Source of the DNA: Sedimentisphaerales bacterium
Lineage (GTDB): Bacteria; Planctomycetota; Phycisphaerae; Sedimentisphaerales; SM23-30
Reading direction: 5' to 3' (one strand)
DNA: 64,000 nucleotides
Assembly: GCA_963666285.1 (NCBI GenBank)
Contig: OY762711.1
Made by a program: the position numbers and the translations under genes. The stretch's first letter is position 1, and each line of letters begins with the position of its first letter. The notes beneath the pieces were generated by a model. That model had not been told where the DNA came from. It saw nothing but the letters and a program-made list of their open reading frames with translations, and made no database searches. Below are positions 38,944 to 49,346 of the stretch, piece by piece.

Positions 38944-41232
38944 CTACTCTATCAGGCCAATTGGTTTTTTATCATTTGCCCAACAAAGCTTGAGATAGAA
39001 CTCTTGCTGGTCGCTCCAGAAAGTTTGTTCCATTTGATTGCCAATTAGATCAAATAACTCTTTAGCTTTAGCTTTATCTTCATATAAGCAAGCATAGTAG
39101 CAAAATGCATTAAGATAATACATGTTATTAGGATATTGTTCAAGTAGATCCTCTATCCCCTGTTTGACTTTTTCATAAGGTAATTTGAAATATTCGATTT
39201 CAGATTTGCCGCAGCAAAGAACTTCTATAGCCAGTTTACCGTACATAGCAGTTTTGAATTTATCTTTTGTTAATTCCATAGCTTTATCCATAAAGTCTCT
39301 GCACCGAGAATAAGAACCATTCCATCTTGGAAACAAGGAAAATAAATGATTGGAATATAGCGGCAAGTAATATTTATTGATCTTGAATGCTTCATTCAGC
39401 ATTGGCTCAAAGTCATATCCGGATGCCATATATGTCGATGCCAGCAAAGCATAATAGTACGGATCATCTGTTAAATGCTTTTTGCCATCTTTGAGTTCAC
39501 TGATTGCATTATTTATATTATTCTTGAATATCGGCCAGGCTTCTTGGGGAACCTCGCTGGCAAACTTGCTCCCACGAGCCTTCCAACCAATATTTTTATA
39601 GCCTTCTGCTGCAAGGATATACGGTGTCACAGAATCAGGTTTAGCATTTTTCCATTCAGCTATGGTATTAAAAAAGAGTTCTTCTGACTTTTTGTTGACA
39701 ATTGCAATTTTTGCTATTGTAACATAATAGCTTTCCAGCATCGAACCTTCGCATACTTTTGCATATTCCTTACATTTTAAACCAGAAGCCATTTTCTCAA
39801 GTTTTTCGAAGTCTTTAATTATAAACGCAATTGTATAAGGAGAATTGCGACCATTCCACCAAAATTCATTTTCGACATTTTCTTTTATATTATTCTTATA
39901 TTGAACATCCACCGCCTTGTTCATTCCTGTACCACAGAAAAAAGTACTATTCGATACGGTGTTGTTCTCTATGGTTCCCTTGACGTTGTAATCAATAAAT
40001 AAACCACACCCTTTACTATTACGAAGCTTATTGTTAGATATTTTAACATCAGAGCACAGTAGCTTGATACCATGATAATTGTTTGTGCATTCATTATCAG
40101 AAATAACATATTTACCATTATAGCAGAATATTGCAGCATATAAGATATTAGTTATCGTATTATTTATCATTACTACGTCACCTGCTGCCATTATCCCATT
40201 TTGCTCACCAATAACAGAAGGTCCACCAGTATTCACAGGCGACGCTATCACGGTATTTGGGTCTTCAAAACCTTCTATGAAATTACTGGTTATCAGGATT
40301 TTCTTTGAGTCTGTTCTTGTAACTATACCATTCGAATTATTAGTCAAAGTGTTATTTCTTATGATAATAGCATCTTTTGGATTCTCACTCATACCATAAA
40401 CATGTATTCCCGTTTCATTGTCAGCTATTTCATTATTCTCAATAACATTGTCTTGCAGGCTTACAACTAAAAATATACCGGCTCTACTATTTTTAAGCAA
40501 TTTGCAGCCTGAAATAAGGCCGGTTGCATTCCCGGATACCCCAATACCATCTACTGTATTAGATATTGTGCAATTCGAAATATTGTAACTTAGTTTGTCT
40601 GGTTTAGGTTTTAGGTCATATGTTATGTTATTCAATTGTATCCCATTAACAAAGCAGCTATCCATGACAACGTCTTTTATTGTAACAGTCCCCCCGTTAG
40701 CATTTATGCCAGGCTGGCCCGTATTGCTAATACTGCAGTCGCTAATTAATACTATACTATCATTAGTTTTGATTCCCCAATGAGATGTGTCGCTTATATT
40801 GCATTTCTTTATAGTAATATTACAGTTCTTGGCATTGATTCCACTGCATTTATTTTCATTGCGATTTCTATCATCTTTGATACTGATATTTTCAATTGTT
40901 ACTTTAGCTCCATTTTGAATTATAATGCAGCCTAATCCCTTTTTGTCATTAGCAGTAAAAATAACTTTATCCGGTGAGCTGCCTTTTAATGTCAGGTCTT
41001 TAGAAATAACGAATCTATTTTTATAAATACCGTCAGCAACCAGAATAGTATCGCCCGGTTCAGCTTTACTGATGGCTGATTGCAGGTTTTTTGCTACAGA
41101 ATAAGTCTTTGGCAAATGTTTTGTTTTTACCGTGGGCACATCTTGGCCTGAGCATATATTGACAACACAACAAAAGCAGCATAAAAATAAAGATATAAAC
41201 ATTCGCTTGACCATAAATTTAACACTCCTCAT
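38944..41232 (-). CDS. Secreted right-handed beta-helix protein with C-terminal helical DUF4034-like domain
   Basis: LQSAISKAEPGDTILVADGIY plus PbH1 repeats; C-terminal GWKARGSKFASEV and FPRWNGS; AT-rich. Confidence 0.75.
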   Translation of the reverse strand: MRSVKFMVKRMFISLFLCCFCCVVNICSGQDVPTVKTKHLPKTYSVAKNLQSAISKAEPGDTILVADGIYKNRFVISKDLTLKGSSPDKVIFTANDKKGLGCIIIQNGAKVTIENISIKDDRNRNENKCSGINAKNCNITIKKCNISDTSHWGIKTNDSIVLISDCSISNTGQPGINANGGTVTIKDVVMDSCFVNGIQLNNITYDLKPKPDKLSYNISNCTISNTVDGIGVSGNATGLISGCKLLKNSRAGIFLVVSLQDNVIENNEIADNETGIHVYGMSENPKDAIIIRNNTLTNNSNGIVTRTDSKKILITSNFIEGFEDPNTVIASPVNTGGPSVIGEQNGIMAAGDVVMINNTITNILYAAIFCYNGKYVISDNECTNNYHGIKLLCSDVKISNNKLRNSKGCGLFIDYNVKGTIENNTVSNSTFFCGTGMNKAVDVQYKNNIKENVENEFWWNGRNSPYTIAFIIKDFEKLEKMASGLKCKEYAKVCEGSMLESYYVTIAKIAIVNKKSEELFFNTIAEWKNAKPDSVTPYILAAEGYKNIGWKARGSKFASEVPQEAWPIFKNNINNAISELKDGKKHLTDDPYYYALLASTYMASGYDFEPMLNEAFKINKYYLPLYSNHLFSLFPRWNGSYSRCRDFMDKAMELTKDKFKTAMYGKLAIEVLCCGKSEIEYFKLPYEKVKQGIEDLLEQYPNNMYYLNAFCYYACLYEDKAKAKELFDLIGNQMEQTFWSDQQEFYLKLCWANDKKPIGLIE

Positions 41233-41339
41233 AAAAGATTTATTTTATTGACTCTAACTGACTGATCTTATACTTTACTTTATTATAACAAATTATAATC
41301 CAATCTGTTATATTAATAATTAATATTCGTTGCCATCCC

Positions 41340-42600
41340 CGGCATTCCTTATCTTATTTCTTATTACTTTTTTCGGCGGAGCAATTTAAAACAAACACTG
41401 AGCCTTCAGGCAAACACCTAAGCTGCCGCAATCTCAATTAATCTCCAAAGTAGCACAAGCGTCCCGCTTGTGAATAAAACAAGCTCGCGCAGCCACCCTT
41501 AACTCTTCCATTTTACCTTTTCCCTCTCACCTGTGTCTTGGCACTCAACCATTACCCATATCCTGAACGAACCATTACCAAACTCTCACTCCTCGCTTCT
41601 TTCTTCTAACTCTTCTCATCCTTCAGGTGCAAACATTTTTGATAAAAACTCTACATATGCGTAAGCTTTAAAATAAGTTGTGAGCAATAGCGAATTATTC
41701 CTGATGTCAACGTACATCAGGACACATCCTTTACACTTTTTATTTTACCCTTTACACTTTGATGCCGCTCCGCGGCATCTGGTCTGCCCAATTCTCAAAA
41801 CAAACGACTTACGACAAATTCCAAAAAATTCGCTTCACGCCGCAACTCTTCCCGACCCACTAGTGAATTATCGTTAACCCACCCCACCTATGCGTCAGCA
41901 TATAAAATTAGCTCCGCCGCTAGGCGACACCTTCACATCATTGGACTTGTCCAATGATGTGCCCCAGTGCGCAGCACGTATTTCCTGACACTGGCTACTG
42001 GCCGCTCGCCGCTGATTCCCTGTTCTATTATCATCTGTTCTATTTTAAAACAAGCCGTGAGCCGCCAGGCGAACACCTTAATTTTTCACTTTTAATTATT
42101 AATTTTTCATTTAGCGTAGCTCGTCCCGCTTCCGCTTCGTTCCCGTCCGTATACCGCCGCACCCATTCAACGTTCCGCCGTATACTGTCCGCGGCCCGCA
42201 ATTCGCCGCCGTTAAAATCCGTACCCCTTTTAATCGCCGTCCCACCGCCGCGCTGCTTCGTATATATGCCGCACTCCCTCCGTCACCCATCAATTAGCCG
42301 CGAGCGGTAGCGAGCAACCTTCCCTGGCACCTGAAACCTGATCCCTGGCCACTGATTTTCTCGAAAAAATCACCGCGTTTTTACAACCACCAAATCGCGA
42401 AAATGTAAAATTTCCAACAATTTTATCCCGTTTACCCCCAACACCTTACAAACTTCCAAACCAACCATCCCGCCCAAAAAATCAGCGCACTTTTGACATA
42501 CCGTCCAATTGTAGAGAGCCGACAAAAAATGATTACCAGCAAAAATACAGCTCTCTCTAAAACATAACAACGACGAAAACTTCGTCTTTAATATAAACAA
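41340..42600. repeat. Non-coding mosaic of REP-like hairpins, degenerate 35-bp repeats and heptamer tracts; strongly C-skewed
   Basis: See findings; no credible ORF; for example 25 C versus 2 G in 42421-42480. Confidence 0.7.
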
Positions 42601-42644
42601 CGCTCAATAAAAACCGAATATTTCCTTCACGCCTCGGCAGCAAT

Positions 42645-42677
42645 AAAAAAAACCTCCCGATGAACTCGGAAGGTTTT
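42645..42677 (-). terminator. Intrinsic terminator after GH57
   Basis: AAAACCTCCCGA / TCGGAAGGTTTT with an A8 tract. Confidence 0.7.
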
Positions 42678-42710
42678 GATTTATCTTATTTGAAGATGAT
42701 CGAAGGTAAG

Positions 42711-43922
42711 CTAGTTTGCTTCCAGCATTTCAACTTCGCTGCCGATTGCGGCACGACATCGGGTACGCAGGTTGTCCAGTACATTCATATAGTTTATATA
42801 TGAATCGTATGGGCTGTCGTACGGGTTGAAGTACTTATGCACGTCACCATCTGAGAACCACTTGGTACACATATAGTAGAAGTGGTCAGAAGTTTGCAGC
42901 TTACGCCAGTCTTCGATAATCTCAGGATCTTCGGTTTTCTTAACGATGTTTTCAAACTTATATATTTCGTGCAACGAGTTTGACTGCATCGCGTTACCCA
43001 GCCACGCCGAAAGGTCACGTTCCATATCGGCCCAGCTGATCATGTATGGCACGTGGATATCGCCAACTGATTCAATGGTATCGATAACTTCTGATGGAGT
43101 TTTGAAGTTATTGTCTTGGTTCCACATGACTTTTTCCGGTAGATGATCCAGAAAATCAAATATGCCGGTATCTTCCCACTGATGCTCACCGATTGTCTCA
43201 TAATCCATAAACAGGTTTACGGTATAGCCGTTTCCGTTTACATGCGAAACCCAGTCTGCGAATTTCTCGGAGCTGAGCGGCCATTCCGGCCAGTCGCGGT
43301 TGGAAAATCGGAACGCAATATCATCGCTCAGGCGATAATTTTTGGTGAGAAGCTTGATCCCGGGATTTCCTGGTGGATGATACACATAGTTCGGACTGCG
43401 ATAACCCATTATATGGTCGGCGCCTTCACAAATTATGCCTTTAAAACCTTTTTCGTTCATGACATAGGCCAGGTCATCGTTATAAATCAGCTCTGTGTTG
43501 CGGAAAACTGTTGGAGTTACTCCAAACAAATCCTGCATTTTTTTGCGATGCAGCTCTACCTGTTCTGAAAATTCCTGACGTGAATATAAAAATGACAGAC
43601 TATGATAGTACGTCTCGTTTAAAAATTCAACGCAGCCGGTTTCTGCCAGGGCGTGGAATGTACTCATAACTTCAGGACAGTATTTCTCGAACTGGTCGAG
43701 CGCTGTTCCGGTTACACTGTAAGATATACGAAACCGGCCTTCGTGACGACGAATAAGGTCCAGCATCAGCCGATTGGCTGGCAGGTAGCACTTACGTGCA
43801 ACTTTTCGACATATCTCGCCATTTTTGTAATCGTCAAAGTAGTTGTGATCTGTGTCAAAAACACTATACCTTCTTAGCCTCCATGGTTGGTGAACCTGGA
43901 AGTAAAAACAAACTGATGCCAT
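42711..43922 (-). CDS. Glycoside hydrolase family 57 (alpha-amylase-like)
   Basis: FQVHQP, ETYYHSL, FRNTEL, MDYETIGEHQW and LQTSDHFYYM motifs. Confidence 0.92.
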   Translation of the reverse strand: MASVCFYFQVHQPWRLRRYSVFDTDHNYFDDYKNGEICRKVARKCYLPANRLMLDLIRRHEGRFRISYSVTGTALDQFEKYCPEVMSTFHALAETGCVEFLNETYYHSLSFLYSRQEFSEQVELHRKKMQDLFGVTPTVFRNTELIYNDDLAYVMNEKGFKGIICEGADHIMGYRSPNYVYHPPGNPGIKLLTKNYRLSDDIAFRFSNRDWPEWPLSSEKFADWVSHVNGNGYTVNLFMDYETIGEHQWEDTGIFDFLDHLPEKVMWNQDNNFKTPSEVIDTIESVGDIHVPYMISWADMERDLSAWLGNAMQSNSLHEIYKFENIVKKTEDPEIIEDWRKLQTSDHFYYMCTKWFSDGDVHKYFNPYDSPYDSYINYMNVLDNLRTRCRAAIGSEVEMLEAN

Positions 43923-44045
43923 AATTATATACCCTTCATAGTTGAATTAGCCCGCGAGAGCATGGTATAAATAGTTACATGAAACATACAAGCGTTAGGA
44001 CTCTCAAGCAAGAGGTGTATGATTCCTTTTCTTATTTCCTTAATA

Positions 44046-45404
44046 CTAATGTGCTACTGCCACTAGCTGATTATAAACGTCAATACATCTTTCTGCAGAC
44101 TGTTTCCACGAGAACTTCCTCATCTCATAGTTGCCATATTCTCGTAAGGTACTCTGCAGAGGCGGATGCCGCAAAACGGCTATTATTTTGTTAGCCATTT
44201 CGTTTACATCCCAGAAGTCAACCTTCAATACGTGGTTGAGTACTTCTGAAACTCCTGATTGTTTACTTATTAATACTGGAACATCATTTCGCAGAGCTTC
44301 AAGCGGCACCAGGCCAAAAGGCTCTGAAACCGATGGCATAACAAATAGGTCTGCCATACGAAATACTCTGTCAACGTCTGCTCCGCGTAAAAAGCCGGTG
44401 AACAATACCTTATGGCCGATACCATATTCGGCGGCCATTTCTATCATGCGGCGGGCCATATCGCCCGATCCTGCCATAACAAATTTTACATTTTCAATGT
44501 GTTCCAGCACTTTGCGAGCTGCTGCGATAAAGTAATCCGGGCCTTTTTGCATCGTGATGCGACCCAGGAAAAGGACTACCTTTTCATCTGACTTGATCGG
44601 TGCTTCTACATCGTTGAAAACTGTTTTGCCACTTTTATCGATAGCATTATATACTACTGTTACTTTTTCATCGGCAATACCGTATCTGCTCAGTAGTATA
44701 TTTTTGGTAAACTGACTTACCGAGATAATCGCATCGGCACAATGCAGTCCCTGACGTTCAATATCATAAACTACCTGGTTTACATTCTCGCCGCTGCGGT
44801 CAAATTCAGTTGAATGAATATGAACTACCAGCGGTTTGCCTGATACCGCGGCAACTGCCAGCCCGGCAGGGTAAGTCATCCAGTCATGAGCATGAATAAC
44901 GTCGAATTCTTCCTGGTGAGCAATTAAGGTTGCCAGGCGTGCATAACGCTGGATCTCCTTATACAGATCTCCTTCATAATGACCGCCGCCGGCGCCGCTT
45001 TGAGTAGTGTCAATAGTAAATGATCTGCCATGTTCCAGCATAGCTTCACGCATGATTTCATTTAAAAGCTTGCGGTTTTTACTCTGTACGGCATGGCTGT
45101 ATGTCTGGGAATCCTGGTAAGGTTGGATAATTGAATCTATAGTCCGAAAAGAGACATGCTCAAAATCCTTGATATGCTTCATCTCTTTTTCCGAGAAAAA
45201 CTCTTCAGCTGACCATCTTTCAATGTTCTCAACTGAATTTGCCATTTTTACGTGGGAAGAGTATTGAGCCGGTACTGGACGGGGCAGGACAAACACTATC
45301 TCCTGACCTTCCTGGCTCAATGCGCGGGTTAGGCCGTAGCAGGCTGTCCCCAACCCACCTGATATGAATGGCGGAAATTCCCAGCCTAGCATCAGTATCT
45401 TCAT
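44046..45404 (-). CDS. GT4 glycosyltransferase, probable alpha-glucan/glycogen synthase
   Basis: GWEFPPFISGGLG, HAHDWMT and SEPFGLVPLEA motifs; adjacent to GH57. Confidence 0.88.
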   Translation of the reverse strand: MKILMLGWEFPPFISGGLGTACYGLTRALSQEGQEIVFVLPRPVPAQYSSHVKMANSVENIERWSAEEFFSEKEMKHIKDFEHVSFRTIDSIIQPYQDSQTYSHAVQSKNRKLLNEIMREAMLEHGRSFTIDTTQSGAGGGHYEGDLYKEIQRYARLATLIAHQEEFDVIHAHDWMTYPAGLAVAAVSGKPLVVHIHSTEFDRSGENVNQVVYDIERQGLHCADAIISVSQFTKNILLSRYGIADEKVTVVYNAIDKSGKTVFNDVEAPIKSDEKVVLFLGRITMQKGPDYFIAAARKVLEHIENVKFVMAGSGDMARRMIEMAAEYGIGHKVLFTGFLRGADVDRVFRMADLFVMPSVSEPFGLVPLEALRNDVPVLISKQSGVSEVLNHVLKVDFWDVNEMANKIIAVLRHPPLQSTLREYGNYEMRKFSWKQSAERCIDVYNQLVAVAH

Positions 45405-45943
45405 AAGTCATTTTCTCCGTAATGGATATTGTTTTGTATAACTGTCATTGACTGATATTTTGGGGCCAACTTCCCTTTTTCTTTCCGTCCGCCTCTGGTG
45501 CTACCAAATCTGAAAATAACTCCTCAAATTTATGTTATCCTCAGAAAACAGACAAAACAAGTTAAAAATCTAAAAAAAAGAGACTAATGTAATTTTAATG
45601 TTTCTATTTTTAGTGCATTAATTGCTTTGCTGGTATCAAAAGAATCGGCAAAAACATATACAAATATTAATAAATTTGTGATTTATTCCTGTTTTTGCTG
45701 ACTTTGAATGATTATAGCAACTAAATGCTAAAAAAAGTCAATGTTTTAGTACGAAACTGGGGCTTCTTACTCTAATGGCAGGCCCTATTTTTGACCAAAA
45801 TAATTGTTTAAATTCGGACCTTACTAAAGTATCATACACGTTTTGTGCTAAATAAAGACAGATAACTAATATGGCTGTATAATCCAATGCCTTAGCACTA
45901 TAATATAGTTAATTGTAACTTAATTAATATACAGGAAATTAAA

Positions 45944-47899
45944 ATGGGTAAAACGCTAACATATAAAATACTGGAAGCTCACCTGGTTGATGGTGAACTC
46001 AAACAAGGACAGGAAATTGGTATTCGCATTGATCAGACAATAACTCAGGATGCGACTGGCACAACTGCTATGCTTCTATTTGAATCTATGGGGATTGATA
46101 AAGTAAAGACTGATTTGTCAGTAAGTTATGTTGATCATAATACAGCCCAGTTTGGCCCGGAAAACCATACTGACCATCTGTATTTACAATCAGCAGCCCG
46201 CAAATACGGCATATATCACAGCAGACCGGGCAATGGAATCTGTCATCAGGTGCATCTCGAACGCTTTGCCAAGCCAGGTGCTACCCAGCTTGGCAGTGAT
46301 AGTCATACCCCGACAGCCGGCGGAGCAGGTGCGATAGCAATTGGTGCCGGTGGTTTGGATGTTGCCGTTGCGATGGGCGGCGGAGCTTTTTATATGACCG
46401 CTCCCAAGGTAATTGGTATTAAGCTGACCGGCGAGCTGGCCCCCTGGGTTTCAGCAAAAGATGTTATCTTGAAAGTACTTAGCATTCTTACTACCCAGGG
46501 TAATGTTGGCTGTATTGCCGAGTATTTCGGGCCTGGCGTTGCAACTTTGTCAGTTCCTCAGCGTGCTACAATTACTAATATGGGTGCTGAACTGGGTGTG
46601 ACAACCAGTGTGTTCCCGTCAGATGCAAGAACAGCTGACTTTATGGCCGCTCAGGATCGGCCTGCTGACTTTATGGCGTTGGAAGCTGACCTGGATGCCG
46701 AGTATGACAGGGTTATAGAGATAAATCTAAGCGAACTGGAGCCGTTATGTGCTGCCCCCAGCTCGCCAGACAACATAAAAACGGTTGCCGAGTGCAAACA
46801 GCCTATCGGTCAGGTGATAATCGGGTCATGCACAAACAGCAGTTATCAGGATTTAATGATCGTAGCGGAAGCTCTTAAAGGCCAGACAGTGCATAGCGGC
46901 GTAGAACTCGGCATAGCGCCGGGCTCTAAACAAGTGATGTCTATACTGGCAGGAAACGGTGCTCTGCAGCAAATGATTCTGGCGGGGGCGAGAATACTCG
47001 AAAGCGCCTGCGGACCATGTATCGGACAGGGGCAATCACCTGCAGAGGGGGTAGTAAGTGTCAGAACATTCAACCGGAACTTCAAGGGACGTTCCGGCAC
47101 CAGGAATGATCAGGTATATCTGGTAAGCCCGGAGACAGCTGTTGCCGCTGCCTTGACTGGCGAGTTATCTGATCCGCGTGAACTGACCGAAAAACTTGGT
47201 GTCAAATATCCGGAGATAGCCGAACTGAGAGATTTTCCGGTCTATGACAATATGATTGATGTGCCGGAAGAAGATGGCTCTGATGTTGAAGTAATTCGCG
47301 GCAGTTCAATTGTAACTCCGCCTGCGGCTGAAGTTCCGGCCGATGATCTTGCCGGTAGTGTTCTGCTGCATTGTGGTGATAAGATTACGACAGATCATAT
47401 TATGCCTGCCGGTTCACTATTGAAATATCGTTCGAATGTTCCTGAATATGCGAAGTATGTATTTAATTGTTTCAGTGAAGAAGGCAAACCGACTTTTGCC
47501 GATCGTGCACTGGAAGCGAAGAGCCAGGGTGTTGGTGGTGTGATAGTTGCCGGTAGCAGTTACGGCCAGGGTTCCAGCCGGGAGCATGCCGCGTTATGTC
47601 CGATGTACCTGGGTGTGAAGCTGGTAATTGCCAAGACAATGGAACGTATCCATCGTGCTAACCTGGTGAACTTCGCGATTTGCCCGGCAGCTTTTGTCAA
47701 TCCGGCTGATTATGATAAGATAAAGCAGGGCGATAAGCTGTCAGTCAAAGGTTTTGCCGAAGCGATCAAGTCTAAAGGCACATTTATGATCAAAAATATA
47801 ACTTCAAATTTCGAGTTTGAATGTAAGCTTGAACTCAGCGACCGTGATCGTGAGATCCTGATGGCCGGTGGTAAGCTGAACTATACAAAGAACAGTTGA
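45944..47899 (+). CDS. Aconitate hydratase
   Basis: QDATGT, GICHQV, GSDSHT, IGSCTNS, CGPCIG and YGQGSSREHAA motifs. Confidence 0.92.
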   Translation: MGKTLTYKILEAHLVDGELKQGQEIGIRIDQTITQDATGTTAMLLFESMGIDKVKTDLSVSYVDHNTAQFGPENHTDHLYLQSAARKYGIYHSRPGNGICHQVHLERFAKPGATQLGSDSHTPTAGGAGAIAIGAGGLDVAVAMGGGAFYMTAPKVIGIKLTGELAPWVSAKDVILKVLSILTTQGNVGCIAEYFGPGVATLSVPQRATITNMGAELGVTTSVFPSDARTADFMAAQDRPADFMALEADLDAEYDRVIEINLSELEPLCAAPSSPDNIKTVAECKQPIGQVIIGSCTNSSYQDLMIVAEALKGQTVHSGVELGIAPGSKQVMSILAGNGALQQMILAGARILESACGPCIGQGQSPAEGVVSVRTFNRNFKGRSGTRNDQVYLVSPETAVAAALTGELSDPRELTEKLGVKYPEIAELRDFPVYDNMIDVPEEDGSDVEVIRGSSIVTPPAAEVPADDLAGSVLLHCGDKITTDHIMPAGSLLKYRSNVPEYAKYVFNCFSEEGKPTFADRALEAKSQGVGGVIVAGSSYGQGSSREHAALCPMYLGVKLVIAKTMERIHRANLVNFAICPAAFVNPADYDKIKQGDKLSVKGFAEAIKSKGTFMIKNITSNFEFECKLELSDRDREILMAGGKLNYTKNS

Positions 47900-47930
47900 T
47901 AGATTTATAATCTCATCAAATGAAAAATTC

Positions 47931-47965
47931 AACTCCGTTGTGAATAGCCGCAGCGGAGTTTTTTT
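47931..47965 (+). terminator. Intrinsic terminator after aconitase
   Basis: AACTCCGTTG / CAGCGGAGTT followed by a T-tract. Confidence 0.75.
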
Positions 47966-48168
47966 ATGAGATAAGGTCCGATATTCTGGCGGAAAATAAC
48001 TATTTTCTGTGTAATGGTCCAATAATTACAGCTGTTATAAGTTATAAATTACCTAATTTTACTTTCTGTATTTTAAATATTAGTATTCATAGATAGAATT
48101 GTCCGATTTAAGATTAAGTAACAGCATTTAATCTTAATGCCATTTTGCCAGAACAAGCAGGAACCCTC

Positions 48169-49230
48169 ATGGATAAATATACCAAACAAGTTCTATCTAC
48201 TATTTATAATCTTCTTGAAGAACAAAAGCAGAAAACGGGCAGTTGCAAGTCGACAATAACAGATATTGCTGAGTTTCTTTCAGCAGATCTGGCACGTCCG
48301 ATCAAAACTATTCCTCTGGTTGATAATCATAAAGACTGGGTTGACTATGGGCTGCTTGCCGATGTGGATGAGCTTCCGGTAAATTACCAGGCAGGCTTAA
48401 GATTGTACAATGCTGTTAAGGATCGTGAGAGCTACAAGGATATCCTGGAAATCATCCAGAGTGATAATGTAATGACACTTCAGTTGTGCAAGCTGCTTAG
48501 AAGTCCGATTTATGGTTTTGTCGATAAGGTAGTAAATCCGGAAGATGTCAAGTTTCATCATCTGGTTCATATATCAGAAAAAACACTAAAGCAGCTGGCG
48601 GTTAACGGAATATTTCGTAAAGGTAATTTCAGCTGTGCGACATTTTGTTATAACAGGTTTTCTCAGTTGGCGCTTGCCAGGGCAATAACTGCAAAAAATA
48701 TTCGCCAGATGGATATATTCAGTGATTGTATATTTTCTGATGATGAAATGTACCTGCTGGGGTTTGTTGCTCACGGTGGGCAATTGGCATTCGCATATCA
48801 TTATCCGCAACATTACAGTAAGTTGCTGGAAAAGTATGGTAAAGGTTCATGGCGTGTTCTGGCAGAGGCCGAGCGGCTTGGTTTTGGTATAAATCATTGC
48901 GAGCTTGGCAGGCTTATGCTCCTAAAGAGCGGGTTTCCTGAAAGTGCGGCAATGGTGATAAAGAATTTATATTACCATCCTGACAGGTTTCCGGATGACA
49001 GCCTGGCGAAAATGGAACTGGAACAGTTGCAGAAAGCCCGGTTTATTATCCGCTGTGGAAATGCACTGGCAAATCATATGTTTGGTAACCTGGACAGCTA
49101 TAAGCCGGAGATCGAAGAACTGTTTCCAAAACGATCTTCACATTACGGACTGACAGAAGCAGAGCTGCTTAGGATGAAGTCCAAGATGTCAGAAGAGTGG
49201 AAGGAAATGAAAGAGACACTGGTAGCTTAG
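48169..49230 (+). CDS. HDOD domain protein
   Basis: IIQSDNVMTLQLCKLLRSPIYG and EAERLGFGINHCELGRLML (HDOD signatures); start at ATG 48169. Confidence 0.75.
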   Translation: MDKYTKQVLSTIYNLLEEQKQKTGSCKSTITDIAEFLSADLARPIKTIPLVDNHKDWVDYGLLADVDELPVNYQAGLRLYNAVKDRESYKDILEIIQSDNVMTLQLCKLLRSPIYGFVDKVVNPEDVKFHHLVHISEKTLKQLAVNGIFRKGNFSCATFCYNRFSQLALARAITAKNIRQMDIFSDCIFSDDEMYLLGFVAHGGQLAFAYHYPQHYSKLLEKYGKGSWRVLAEAERLGFGINHCELGRLMLLKSGFPESAAMVIKNLYYHPDRFPDDSLAKMELEQLQKARFIIRCGNALANHMFGNLDSYKPEIEELFPKRSSHYGLTEAELLRMKSKMSEEWKEMKETLVA

Positions 49231-49346
49231 TATCAAAGAAAAACAGAGCCTGCTTCTTGAAATGTATTGGCTTGTTGCAATGTGTAGATAAAAAATGCAT
49301 GAGCTATCAGAGATAACCCATGCAATACATTATTAAAAAATACTGG

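Noticed and set aside
41340..42600. CRISPR array or integron cassette array
   Set aside because: Repeats are degenerate and irregularly spaced; no cas or intI gene; no clear attC core boxes.
41680..42600. Short ORFs 41680-41877, 41954-42310, 42111-42293 and 42370-42600
   Set aside because: They translate repeats and skewed DNA; no RBS or recognisable motifs.
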